DNA from: Candidatus Bathyarchaeia archaeon
GTDB lineage: Archaea; Thermoproteota; Bathyarchaeia; Bathyarchaeales; Bathycorpusculaceae
Length of the DNA stretch: 64,000 nt
Assembly (NCBI GenBank): GCA_050012755.1
Contig: JBEKGO010000005.1
Span: forward strand, 26,070-90,069
Direction: 5' to 3'
Both the position numbers and the translations under genes were made by a program. This document shows, piece after piece, positions 50,532 through 60,607 of the stretch. Each line of letters opens with the position of its first letter. The stretch's first letter is position 1. The notes beneath the pieces were generated by a model, which worked only from the letters and a program-made list of their open reading frames with translations, was not told the origin of the DNA and made no database searches.

Positions 50532-53264
50532 ATGAATTTTACACGAAATAAAACTGCGGCTATTGCGATTGCAATACTTTTGATAGCATCGATGTCAGCT
50601 TCAATGATAACTTTACCGACTGCTGTTGCGCATACTCCTGCATGGAAAATTCCCACGTATGCTTACATCTGGGCAGCGCCTAATCCTGTCGGTGTCGGTC
50701 AAGCGGAATCCGTTTTCATGTGGCTAACCAACTATTACTATGGCGCAGCGACTGGAGGGGTTGGTGGAGCAGCTAACAACCTTAGATTCCATAACTACAA
50801 GCTCACTATCACAGCGCCAAACGGTGTCGTAACAACGCAGACTTTTGCTACGATTACAGATACCACATCAAATCAGCACGCTTCATTTGTTCCTGACCAA
50901 GCCGGCACGTACAATTTGACCTTTACTTATCCAGGAGAAACATACACAACTGCTGCTTCAGGGTATGAGGACTACGTAAATGATACTTTCTTGCCAAGCG
51001 TAGCTTCAACAACAGTTACTGTTCAGGAAACACCCATAGCTAACGCTTTAACTGGCGCTCCGCTTCCAACCGCTTATTGGACACGACCAATATACGGTGA
51101 AAACACTAATTGGTACAATATTGGGTCAAACTGGCTAGGAACACAATGGTATCCCTATGCGGGCGACATTGGGTCGTCAGGCGAGAATTTCTTCCCAGGT
51201 GATGCTGTAGGACCATTAACAAGCCATATCATGTGGACTAACCCGCTTCAAAGTGGAGGAATTGTTGGAGGAAACCAAATGGCCATTCAGGGACAATCTT
51301 ACTTCGACGGATCCGCATACATAAATAGATACATTAATCCGATAATAATGGCTGGAATGCTCTACTACACAGAACCACTATCATTCACTGGTGCCCCTAA
51401 TTCGCTGACCGGTGGCGGCGCAAATGGGCCTACTGTCTGCGTTAATCTGCAAACAGGACAACAAATTTGGAGCAGCACCAATGTACCTGCGCTATCATTC
51501 GGCTATCTCATGGACATTCAAAACCCAAACGAGCACGGAGTTTGTCCACCACTCTTAATTTCAGCCAGTTATGGGCTTTGGCAAGTGTTTGATGGAGACA
51601 CAGGAACAGCACTGTGCAACGTAACTAACGTTCCATATCCTCCAGGATTTGGTCCCTCAAGTTGCATGCCAGTAATAGGTCCAGACGGTGAATACTTAAA
51701 CTATGTCTTTACGAATGCAGGCAACGCGACGAATCCAGATTGGACCTTGGGTGAGTGGAACTCTTCCCTAGTGTTCAACCCAGCTGGTGCATATTCGCCA
51801 ACATTAACAGGCACAATCAACGGAGACATTTTAACGGGACCAGACACTTCCTACGACTGGAGCCTTTCGCTACCGTGGCTCAACACTATGACTACACCTG
51901 TCAGCCCGCTACAATTCGCTAACACACCGTGGCTTCCGACAGTGATTGCTGGAAGCCCTATAACAGTGGTTGCAGCTAACTATGGCGATGGAATACTTTG
52001 CATTAATGGTACAACGCCTTCAAACGGTGAAAATGACATTTACAATTGGGTAAGCTCTGCTCCGTACACGTACTTCTTTGTCAACCTCAACGCATCCAGA
52101 GGCGCAATCGGCTCAGTGCTATGGTGGAGTACAATTCAACCGCCGCCAAACAACTACACGGTCGTACCGGGCAATGTTGACTGGAACACTCGGATGTTTT
52201 TCTTAAGCTACAAGGAAAACGTTCAATGGTTAGGATACAGCCTTAATACCGGCCAGTATGTGTGGACAGCTCCACCTCAGAGCGGACTTGACTACTACGG
52301 CAACCCAGGCTCAGGCACCTTAACAAATCAGATAGCTTACGGCAACCTTTACAGCAGTGGCTACAGCGGAACAATATACTGCTATAACGATCTAACTGGG
52401 AAACTGTTGTGGACTTATGGAAACGGAGGAGCAGGCAACAGTACTAACGCTGGCTTAAACAACGCTTACGGTGATTATCCAACCCAGATAAACGCTGTTG
52501 GCAACGGAGTATTATACACTGTTACTACTGCGCACACTTGGACGACGCCAATTTATAAGGGCGCTTTAGCGCGTGCCATTAATGCCACAACCGGACAAGA
52601 AATCTGGACTCTCTCAAGCATCACGGCAGAGTTCATTGCTACAAGCTATGCTATCGCGGATGGCTATGCGACGTGGTTTAACGGCTACGATAACTCAATC
52701 TACGTTGTTGGCAGAGGACCAAGCGCTACTACTGCTACAGCTCAAGCCTTTGGTAACTCCATTGTCATTAAAGGTTCAGTTACCGACATTTCTGCAGGTA
52801 CTAAGCAAACTGAGCAGGCAGCTGATTTTCCAAATGGTGTTCCAGTTGCATCTGATGCTAGCATGAAAGAATGGATGGGCTACGTTTATCAACAGCAACC
52901 AATGCCAACCAACTTTACAGGCGTTACGGTAACACTTAGTGTCTTGGACTCTAACAAAAACTTCAGAACGATTGGCACTGCAACTACTGACGCAAGCGGC
53001 ATGTACAGTTTAACATGGACACCTGATATACCTGGCAACTTCACTGTTTACGCATCCTTCGCGGGTACTAACGGTTACTGGTCATCATCTGCAGAAACAT
53101 CCTTCGCCGCAATTTCATCACCCGCAACACCCACACCAACTGTTACAGCTCAATCAAACCTCGCAACAACAACGGACCTTATGCTATACATAGTGGGTGC
53201 AGCAATCGCTATAATCATTGCAATAGCGATAGTCGGCGTCTTAATGCTTAGAAAGCGACCATAA
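50532..53264 (+). CDS. Large secreted, C-terminally anchored protein with PQQ-like beta-propeller repeats
   Basis: Signal peptide; repeats TGQQIW, TGQYVW, TGKLLW, TGQEIW; Ig-like flanks; Thr/Pro linker; TM helix then RKRP. Confidence 0.85.
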   Translation: MNFTRNKTAAIAIAILLIASMSASMITLPTAVAHTPAWKIPTYAYIWAAPNPVGVGQAESVFMWLTNYYYGAATGGVGGAANNLRFHNYKLTITAPNGVVTTQTFATITDTTSNQHASFVPDQAGTYNLTFTYPGETYTTAASGYEDYVNDTFLPSVASTTVTVQETPIANALTGAPLPTAYWTRPIYGENTNWYNIGSNWLGTQWYPYAGDIGSSGENFFPGDAVGPLTSHIMWTNPLQSGGIVGGNQMAIQGQSYFDGSAYINRYINPIIMAGMLYYTEPLSFTGAPNSLTGGGANGPTVCVNLQTGQQIWSSTNVPALSFGYLMDIQNPNEHGVCPPLLISASYGLWQVFDGDTGTALCNVTNVPYPPGFGPSSCMPVIGPDGEYLNYVFTNAGNATNPDWTLGEWNSSLVFNPAGAYSPTLTGTINGDILTGPDTSYDWSLSLPWLNTMTTPVSPLQFANTPWLPTVIAGSPITVVAANYGDGILCINGTTPSNGENDIYNWVSSAPYTYFFVNLNASRGAIGSVLWWSTIQPPPNNYTVVPGNVDWNTRMFFLSYKENVQWLGYSLNTGQYVWTAPPQSGLDYYGNPGSGTLTNQIAYGNLYSSGYSGTIYCYNDLTGKLLWTYGNGGAGNSTNAGLNNAYGDYPTQINAVGNGVLYTVTTAHTWTTPIYKGALARAINATTGQEIWTLSSITAEFIATSYAIADGYATWFNGYDNSIYVVGRGPSATTATAQAFGNSIVIKGSVTDISAGTKQTEQAADFPNGVPVASDASMKEWMGYVYQQQPMPTNFTGVTVTLSVLDSNKNFRTIGTATTDASGMYSLTWTPDIPGNFTVYASFAGTNGYWSSSAETSFAAISSPATPTPTVTAQSNLATTTDLMLYIVGAAIAIIIAIAIVGVLMLRKRP

Positions 53265-53368
53265 AAACCTAAAGCAAAAACAAATTTCCCCTTCCCTTTT
53301 TTTTGGGAGTAAACAAATATGAGTAAAAGAATGGGAGCTGAGTAGTTCTGGAAAAACTCGAGATAGGC

Positions 53369-53647
53369 TTGTCTTTTAAAGGAGGTAACGAAGTGGAGGC
53401 TGTGGCGCAAGAAGTATCTTCGACTTTAGAAACTGCTTGTTCAAAAAAAATCAAGCCGAGAGCACTTATATTTAAATCGAGCAATAAAGATTTTGATAAA
53501 ATTGAAGAATTAATAGAGACGCAGTTCCCTGAAGTTGAAATCATTTACGCTACGACTGGTCCTGCTGCAAGTATTCTTCGAGTTACTAAATCAATACCTT
53601 TTGAAAGGCAGGACTCTTCCGCGCAACCACTTTATACTATTGAGTAG
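53369..53647 (+). CDS. Hypothetical protein
   Basis: GGAGG before an internal GTG; protein-like composition. Confidence 0.5.
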   Translation: MSFKGGNEVEAVAQEVSSTLETACSKKIKPRALIFKSSNKDFDKIEELIETQFPEVEIIYATTGPAASILRVTKSIPFERQDSSAQPLYTIE

Positions 53648-53795
53648 TTTCAGATTTTCCAGCTTCTAGGCAGGATTCGGACCTAATTTATTGGTAACAA
53701 ACGCGCTAAGAATGTTTTCGATTTCCCCGAGTTCTACCCGTATGCCAAAAACTTATTAACAAAATGGCACAAACTGCTTCTATGAGGGTGGTTAT

Positions 53796-54131
53796 GTGGT
53801 TTATTGTCCAAAATGCGGCACTATGAATGATGATACAGCACAGTTTTGTGTCAAATGCGGCGCAAGTCTACGCACAGGAACCTATGAATCACGACGTTAT
53901 GAACGCAGGAGAGCTGAGTCTGAATGTTTTGGGCTTCCCCATGGCGGAGCAATCTTCGGATTGATTATAGGCGTAATAATATTACTGTGGGGCTTTTTCG
54001 CATTGGCGGCGCAAACACATCTGATTAGCACGGCACCTGATCTGTGGATTATTGTGGTCGTAGTCATTGGCATCTTACTGATTGCGGGAGGGGTCTACCA
54101 GATGAATCGTTCTAGACCGACCCCAACCTAA
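53796..54131 (+). CDS. Zinc-ribbon membrane protein
   Basis: YCPKCG...FCVKCG followed by two TM helices. Confidence 0.8.
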   Translation: MVYCPKCGTMNDDTAQFCVKCGASLRTGTYESRRYERRRAESECFGLPHGGAIFGLIIGVIILLWGFFALAAQTHLISTAPDLWIIVVVVIGILLIAGGVYQMNRSRPTPT

Positions 54132-54857
54132 TTTTGCGCTACAAGATTGTGAGACACACTTGGAGCATATCCTTCGGTGATCCCATCGCGACAGAGTTGT
54201 ATCTGTAACAAGCCATAGTACACTAAGTAAAACGAAGAAAAAGTCAATTGAAGTATTACTCAATGCATCTTCTACACTAGCAAGAATCAGGAACGATCCT
54301 GCAGCGAAAAAAACGCTAGCAATGAACCGTGAGAAACCGACTCTGAAGCCAGGCAGAATTGAATGCAACAAACCTATAGACACAGATAGAGCGCCGATTA
54401 TCAGGGCAATGTACGGCCTTGTTCCGAAGCTGAATGGTCCGAAGAAGAACAATCCGACACCAATAAGGGCGATGATTGCGCCGACGGAAAAACCAGTGCA
54501 CGTAGCGCAAAATACTCTGTCGTTGACTCTTAGAATATGAGCAGAATACTTTCTGCATGTCGGATGGTGTCCCTGGAGGTCTATTCCTTGCAGTTTTTCC
54601 GTTTCAACTTGGTGTTGCATGCTTTTTTCATAATCAAAAACCCTGGAACACGAACTGGGGTAAATTGAGGCGAAAATTCCTAGTACACAGAGCGCGCCAA
54701 ATACCAATCCGACCAACGGTTTTCTCAGTCCAAACCCATCCGGCAACGTTCCTACTGAGGTTATTACGAATATGACGGAGAGGGCTAATCCAAAGAGGGA
54801 GACAACGATGAGAAATATCAGGGATGGTTCGAGTGATGGGTTCTTGGCTTTTGGCAT
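54075..54857 (-). CDS. Multi-TM protein with Cys/His metal-binding motifs
   Basis: GHHPTC..YSAH, FCATCTG, HRRICSKC...C; about six TM helices. Confidence 0.7.
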   Translation of the reverse strand: MPKAKNPSLEPSLIFLIVVSLFGLALSVIFVITSVGTLPDGFGLRKPLVGLVFGALCVLGIFASIYPSSCSRVFDYEKSMQHQVETEKLQGIDLQGHHPTCRKYSAHILRVNDRVFCATCTGFSVGAIIALIGVGLFFFGPFSFGTRPYIALIIGALSVSIGLLHSILPGFRVGFSRFIASVFFAAGSFLILASVEDALSNTSIDFFFVLLSVLWLVTDTTLSRWDHRRICSKCVSQSCSAKLGWGRSRTIHLVDPSRNQ

Positions 54858-54870
54858 TTCAATCAGCGGC

Positions 54871-56298
54871 TTAAGTTATGCTTTCCAGTTGTCTTATTAC
54901 TCCTTGACGAGCCATGTAACGGTACGTTCTTTGTTTTATTTTGTTTCTTGAGAAAACGCCCTGCAGCAGTCTACGCCATGAACCGTAGAATGATTGGTAA
55001 CATTTGGTTAGTTCCTGTTGTACTTGTTCCCTTGTCAAGGTTTCGGTAGGCATCGTTGCGTGAACCATGTCATAGTTAGCCCAGTTCCAGTCTTCAATCC
55101 AACCTTTGCTTTTAGCTTCTTGGAAGAGATCTGTTCCTGGAAACGGGGTTAGAACCATGAAGATGGCTAGGTCTGGGTTAAGTTCGTTGACAAATTGTCT
55201 TAGTCCGCTTATTGATTCAACCGTGTCGGCTCGATTTCCGATGATGCATGTTGCTTGTGAGAAGATGCCGTTTTGTTTGAGCAGTTTGACGGCAGTTGCA
55301 GCGTCTTCAGGCTTGGTGCCTTTGTTGAAGCGGTCAAGGGTTGTTTTGCTTTGGCTTTCTACGCCTAGAAGGAAATAGTTGATTCCGGCTTTGCTCATTT
55401 TTTCTACAATTCTGGGATTTCTTGCTGCATCGTCACATCGGGCTTGCATGAAGCATGTTATGTCTTTCGTGAAGGGGCGTTTCATTAGTTCGTCGCAGAG
55501 TTCTTCGGTTCGTTTGCCTAAGCCGAAGTTGTCATCTGTTAGCCAAAGGAGTCTGCTGCCATAGTTGTTGTATAGATACTCCATTTCGTCTGCTATTCGC
55601 TTCACAGATTTGTGTCGCCATGCACCCTCCCAATGTTTCCATTGAGAACAGAAAGTACAACGGTTTGGGCAACCTCTTGACCCTTCAATCATTCCGTATT
55701 TCGCTTTGGCGCCCGCCATCATGGTAAAGTGGTAACGGTGAGCGTAATCCTTTACAAAATGATATCCTGGAAAAGGCAGTTGATCCAAATTTTCAATCAA
55801 AGGTCTTGGAGGATTATGAAAAATCTTTTTTTCATGGCGAAATGAAATGCCTTTAATTGAAGCAGGGTCTGATTTCTCGTTTGTCGCCTTAGCCAACTCA
55901 AGGAGAGTGTCTTCGCCTTCGCCTCGTATGACAACGTCTATTTCTGGGTAAGCTTCGAGGCTTTCTTGAGCCAATGCAGTGAAGTGCTGACCACCCGTTA
56001 CAGTCACTACATTAGGTTTTAGCTTCTTCGCCAATTCCAAGGTGCGGGCAGTGATGTAAACGTTGCAGGTTGCTAATCCGCTTGCTGCCACAATGTCAGG
56101 GTTAAATGCTTCAATTTTTTTCTCCAGTCCAGGCCAGTCTAGAGACATTGCTTGGCAGTCTATGACTTCAATTTCCACATCATCCATTTTGTTTTCAAGG
56201 TATGCAGCGAGTTGAAGAATTCCGTATGGCGGAGGAAGATATTCACCCATTACAAACCAGTAGTCTTTTGGCGGCTCTACGAACTGAATTTTGACCAA
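54871..56298 (-). CDS. Cobalamin-binding radical SAM enzyme
   Basis: PPYGILQLAAYL, GGQHFT, RGEGE, SRGCPNRCTFC, DDNF, GVES, TPFPGT. Confidence 0.9.
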   Translation of the reverse strand: MVKIQFVEPPKDYWFVMGEYLPPPYGILQLAAYLENKMDDVEIEVIDCQAMSLDWPGLEKKIEAFNPDIVAASGLATCNVYITARTLELAKKLKPNVVTVTGGQHFTALAQESLEAYPEIDVVIRGEGEDTLLELAKATNEKSDPASIKGISFRHEKKIFHNPPRPLIENLDQLPFPGYHFVKDYAHRYHFTMMAGAKAKYGMIEGSRGCPNRCTFCSQWKHWEGAWRHKSVKRIADEMEYLYNNYGSRLLWLTDDNFGLGKRTEELCDELMKRPFTKDITCFMQARCDDAARNPRIVEKMSKAGINYFLLGVESQSKTTLDRFNKGTKPEDAATAVKLLKQNGIFSQATCIIGNRADTVESISGLRQFVNELNPDLAIFMVLTPFPGTDLFQEAKSKGWIEDWNWANYDMVHATMPTETLTREQVQQELTKCYQSFYGSWRRLLQGVFSRNKIKQRTYRYMARQGVIRQLESIT

Positions 56299-56741
56299 AC
56301 CAACATACCCCCAAACTCCACCAATTCAACTATGCCAGTGTACTGTTCAGTTGATGTCTCGGTTAGGTCTAAATATGTTTTTGCTGAAAAGTAGTCAGAA
56401 TTCCGCCAACTGCTAGCTGGCAGAATATAAATCTGGGATTGAGGACTGAAAGTCCAAACAGGAATTTTGGTGCATTTTTTTGTTTAAACTTGATGGTAAA
56501 GCGAGAATATCCTGCTTGTACTAGTGCTGTAACTTAGTTGATATTGCCTATAAGCAAGTTCTTCTCGTTGGTTGCTTCCCGAGGTTGAAAAAACGTGTAT
56601 GCTCAAATAGTAATAGATTGCCAAACCCCAAAAGAATATGTAAGTTGCGATTATTGTATTGGAAAAGAGAGCTGTCATCTCCGAATGGAGATAAATGAAA
56701 AGGCATCACTTTGCGGTTGAGAACTTGGGACGAAGTTATCT

Positions 56742-57302
56742 ATGAAGCAGGTTAAACTGTTCGGCGAAGAAGAGCCAAATGTTTCGCCGAGGCTCGAGTT
56801 AGCAAATGCTCAGATTCTTGCTAAACAAGTTGAAACTACCATCAAACCATTATGCAATAGGCTTGAGGTAGTCGGCTCCATCAGAAGGCAGAAATCGATT
56901 GTTGGCGATGTGGATTTTGTTGTTGTTGCTACTGATAGTTGCTGGGGTAAAATTGTTCAATCCTTGAAAAAAGCCAGAGTCATTTGTTCAGGTAAAAGCT
57001 TGATAAAAATGAATTATCCTTGTGAAGACACCCTTTTTCAAGTTGATTTCTACCGTGCGACTGAGCAAACATTTGGCATTCAAGAGCTTATTCGGACAGG
57101 TTCGGCAGACCATAACATGTGGCTTGCAGGCAATGCCATATCAAAAGGTTTTAGGCTAAAGTACAGCGAAGGACTGATGAAAGATGAAGTTGCAGTGGCC
57201 GGCGAAACCGAGGAAAGCGTATTCACGGCTTTGGATTTGCCATGTCCTGAGCCACAACTTAGGGAAATAATCGACGGAAAACCTGTTTGGCTGAGAACCT
57301 GA
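56742..57302 (+). CDS. Minimal family X polymerase / nucleotidyltransferase (palm and thumb only)
   Basis: VGSIRRQK..VGDVDFV, QVDF, RTGSADHN, EESVFTALDL..PEPQLRE. Confidence 0.8.
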   Translation: MKQVKLFGEEEPNVSPRLELANAQILAKQVETTIKPLCNRLEVVGSIRRQKSIVGDVDFVVVATDSCWGKIVQSLKKARVICSGKSLIKMNYPCEDTLFQVDFYRATEQTFGIQELIRTGSADHNMWLAGNAISKGFRLKYSEGLMKDEVAVAGETEESVFTALDLPCPEPQLREIIDGKPVWLRT

Positions 57303-57534
57303 TTTTTTCAATCGCTCTAGCAGCAAAAGCGCTTTTCAGTCTCTTTTTTGAAATCTGTCAAGGGGATGGATTTGGCTTAGACCTCGACCCAAATAATTCA
57401 GGCTGCTGAGGCTCTATCCGGATGGAAGGAGAAAGAATACGTTAGACATGACCTTTAATGTAATATTTTTACATGAGTTAACAGGCGATACAATTAAATA
57501 ACTTTAACGCATTACAAAATGTTGAAGTGACCAA

Positions 57535-57801
57535 ATGGGCAATACAAAGAAACGTCAAGTATGTTTCAGGATTGAAGAGTCGCTTGTCAAGAAAATGGAG
57601 CAAGTACGTGACCAAACAGGAGTTCCTGTAAGCACTCAAGTAGAAATGCGACTTAAGGGGTTTTCAATCACTAGAAACATGGAAAAACAAGGAAGTGCGG
57701 CTGAAATCTTGCGCTGGTACCAGAATTTGCCAAAAGATGACGAATATGCCGAAAACGTGGACGAAGCCATCGGTAGAATGCGGGAGTTGAGACTTCACTG
57801 A
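57535..57801 (+). CDS. RHH antitoxin (VapB-like)
   Basis: RQVCFRIEESLVKKM RHH pattern; abuts a PIN gene. Confidence 0.75.
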   Translation: MGNTKKRQVCFRIEESLVKKMEQVRDQTGVPVSTQVEMRLKGFSITRNMEKQGSAAEILRWYQNLPKDDEYAENVDEAIGRMRELRLH

Positions 57802-58200
57802 ATGGTCTGCCTTGATACGGCTTTCTTGGCAGATTTGTTTCGCAAGAATCCTGCCGCTGAAAAGAAATTGAAGGAGTTCGTCGAGGCAGAAGAGGAAATC
57901 TCGATTACTGTAATGACTATAGCTGAACTGTATTACGGGGCTTTCAAGTCAAATAGGGTAGAAGACGAAAAAGCAAAAGTGGAGCAAATTAAACGAAAGT
58001 TTGTGATTCTGGAAATGAACGAAAATGGCGCCCAAAAATTCGGAGAACTCTTAAGCAAATTGGAAAAAACTGGACAGAAAATCTCCGACAGAGATGTTTT
58101 GATTGCAGCTATCGCCATTTCAAAAGGAGAAAATGCCATAGTTACAAGAAACGAGAAAGACTTTGCTAGAATTTCTGAATTATCAGTTATTACTTACTGA
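57802..58200 (+). CDS. vapC: VapC PIN-domain toxin
   Basis: CLDTAFL, IAELYYG, DVLIAAIA, VTRNEKDF. Confidence 0.92.
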   Translation: MVCLDTAFLADLFRKNPAAEKKLKEFVEAEEEISITVMTIAELYYGAFKSNRVEDEKAKVEQIKRKFVILEMNENGAQKFGELLSKLEKTGQKISDRDVLIAAIAISKGENAIVTRNEKDFARISELSVITY

Positions 58201-58208
58201 ATAACATA

Positions 58209-58237
58209 GTGATCGGAGGGATTTGAACCTGCGACAC
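58209..58237 (-). other. Degenerate tRNA 3'-end fragment (att-like scar)
   Basis: Minus strand GTGTCGCAGGTTCAAATCCCTCCGATCAC contains a T-loop (GGTTCAAATCC); no 5' half. Confidence 0.55.
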
Positions 58238-58387
58238 TGTATGGTACACAAAGGGAAAATTTACATGATGAAATAGGGAATTTAAACATTACACTCCACA
58301 AGGAAAAAGATTGTTAAGAGAAATCTATGACAAGCAAACTTAACGGTACTGAGAAACAATAACAAAAGGTGTTGGAAGCATGTATGT

Positions 58388-58774
58388 CTACTTTTTAACG
58401 TATACGTTCCCTGTTGAAACTGCGGTGAAACCGTTATTTGTGATCGTGAAATAATCAGTTCTAGCTGCGAATAGTACTGTATATGTGCCGTCGAAAGTGG
58501 TTGAGTTGTCTATGTGCCATGTGCCAGGATATGTGCTAAAGAGTGCTGTGCCATTTTCATAAAGAACTATGTTGTATCCTGTTCCGCTTGAAGTTTGTTC
58601 GACATATGTGCCAGCCATACTTGACAGAGTTGGTGTTTTACTTGACGAAGTTGAGGTACCGTTTGAACCTAAGTAAAATGCAGCTGCTCCAACTATTATG
58701 ATAATTAAAACAACTGCCAATATTACAACATAGAGTTTCTTACTTTTCTTTGAACCTAAATCAGGATTACTCAT
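58388..58774 (-). CDS. Small membrane-anchored extracellular beta-rich protein
   Basis: N-terminal TM helix, Ser/Thr linker, N-x-S/T sequons. Confidence 0.7.
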   Translation of the reverse strand: MSNPDLGSKKSKKLYVVILAVVLIIIIVGAAAFYLGSNGTSTSSSKTPTLSSMAGTYVEQTSSGTGYNIVLYENGTALFSTYPGTWHIDNSTTFDGTYTVLFAARTDYFTITNNGFTAVSTGNVYVKK

Positions 58775-59057
58775 TTCTTATTCCTTCTTGCTTATTTGTT
58801 AATGTTATGAATTGTTTAAAAGATTTTTGGCTAATGTTCCATGCAGAATAACAAACAATTATTCTAGACGATAGCCAATTCTTAATGAGAAAGGAGTTCT
58901 AGAAGTAAGGGTAGCAGTAAGAGGGTAATTCATTATCAGTACGTTGAAGAAAAAGAATCTTTGTTTAACATACGGTTGAAACCAGGGAACATCTAGCAAT
59001 GGGAACAAGCTGGGAACAGAACTGACTAAAAATAGCTTCTTTAACGGAGAGTCGCAA

Positions 59058-59088
59058 TGCCGAGGGCAGGGTTTGAGCCCTCGACCCC
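59058..59088 (-). other. Degenerate tRNA 3'-end fragment (att-like scar)
   Basis: Minus strand GGGGTCGAGGGCTCAAACCCTGCCCTCGGCA resembles a T-arm plus acceptor strand. Confidence 0.5.
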
Positions 59089-59187
59089 AATTTTAGGCAT
59101 TAGTGTTTCGCATTTTCTTGGTAGGGAAGGTTTTTATGCGTATTTATGCTTATTATGTGCAATAAATATGTGCAAAGAGTGATGTGC

Positions 59188-59409
59188 ATGAGTAACATTA
59201 CAGTAAGGGTTCCCGAGGAGCTAAAAGGACGCATGAAACGCTGCAAAAGCATTAATTGGAGCGAAGTTGCACGAAAAGCTTTCGAAGATGCCGCACGTAA
59301 CGAAGAGATACAATGCGCTGCAGAGGCAATCAAGAATCTTAGATTGGGAAGCAAAGTTGAATGGGAGGGCGCTAAGGAGATACGAAAATGGCGAGATGCC
59401 GCGAGATAG
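59188..59409 (+). CDS. RHH antitoxin (VapB-like)
   Basis: MSNITVRVPEELKGRM...INWSEVARKA; start moved from 59146. Confidence 0.85.
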   Translation: MSNITVRVPEELKGRMKRCKSINWSEVARKAFEDAARNEEIQCAAEAIKNLRLGSKVEWEGAKEIRKWRDAAR

Positions 59410-59810
59410 TATTAGACTCATCGGTAGTAGTCAAATGGTTTAGCCCAGAATCAAAATCAAATGAGGCGCTAAAACTTTTAGATTCCTACACTCAAGGAAC
59501 AGTTGAGTTGACAATCTCGGAAATTCTAATTTGCGAGGTCGGTAATGCCTTAAGATATAAATCAGATTATGACACACAGAAATGGAAAACCGCTATTGCT
59601 CAACTATTCAACCTCCACATGAACATGACTCACCTAAACGCAGACCTGACAACTAGGACGGGGGAGATTGCTTACGAAGGGAAAGTAACGTTCTATGACG
59701 CTTTGCCAGTTGCCATCGCTGAACACAAAAAAACCCTCTGCATAACGGCAGATGAAGAGACACAATATAAAAAACTTAAGCCAAGAGATTACCCTATCGA
59801 ACTCTTATAA
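59388..59810 (+). CDS. vapC: VapC PIN-domain toxin
   Basis: VLDSSVVVKWF, EVGNAL, TFYDALPVAIA, ITAD. Confidence 0.9.
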   Translation: MARCREIVLDSSVVVKWFSPESKSNEALKLLDSYTQGTVELTISEILICEVGNALRYKSDYDTQKWKTAIAQLFNLHMNMTHLNADLTTRTGEIAYEGKVTFYDALPVAIAEHKKTLCITADEETQYKKLKPRDYPIELL

Positions 59811-59813
59811 GCA

Positions 59814-59848
59814 GTGACGGGCGGAGAGGGATTTTGAACCTGAACCAC
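59814..59848 (-). other. Degenerate tRNA 3'-end fragment (att-like scar)
   Basis: Minus strand GTGGTTCAGGTTCAAAATCCCTCTCCGCCCGTCAC. Confidence 0.55.
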
Positions 59849-60051
59849 AACTTGGGGAATTAGGATATTAGTCAGCGATAAGCCTGCCTGGTTAAAAACT
59901 TGAGCACTCTTTTTTTCGGCTAGATCCTGGGATGATTACTAAAGATGATGTAAATTCTAAAAAATCTTCTTCGCCATTGAAAACTTAATAAATATCTATA
60001 TATGGCTGTTATTCAGAATGTTTGGATTAGAAATAATACTGTTGGTGAGTG

Positions 60052-60448
60052 TATGAGTAAACCAGTCGATGTCGGAGAATTACGCGTTGGCGGCTACATG
60101 ATGATCGAAGGCGAACCATGCCGCATAGTCGACATTGCCAAGTCAAAACCTGGAAAACACGGATCCGCAAAAGCGAGAATCGTTGCAATAGGTGTCTTTG
60201 ACAAACAAAAAAGACAATTCGTGAAACCCGTTGATCTCGGTGCCGAAGTACCCTTAATTGACAAGAGGGCAGGTCAAGTGTTTGCTGTCAATCCAACTGG
60301 AATACAAATCATGGACTTGGAAACTTACGAGTACCTTGATGCTCCCTATCCTGATGAGGAAGAAGTTCCTAAAGCCAAACTTGCTCCCGGCACAGAAATC
60401 GAATACTGGAAAATTCTGGGTAGAGTAAAGATCGTCAGAGCCAAATAA
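60052..60448 (+). CDS. eif5a: Translation factor aIF5A
   Basis: SKPGKHGSAKAR hypusine loop. Start probably MSKPVD after GGTGA (ATG at about 60053). Confidence 0.95.
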
Positions 60449-60607
60449 TCAAGCATTTACCTGCAACATTTTCCATTTCCCTTCTGTTATTTTCATAAAT
60501 CCATTTTGAAGCAATTTACTCAAGAAATTTAGTAAGAGCGACTGGATGCCGAGAATAAGAATTCAGCATGATTTTCTAAACTGTTAGACGTTTTGTTCCT
60601 GCGTAAA

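Noticed and set aside
58209-59848. Functional tRNA genes
   Set aside because: Only mismatched 3' fragments are present; no D-arm or pairing acceptor strand.
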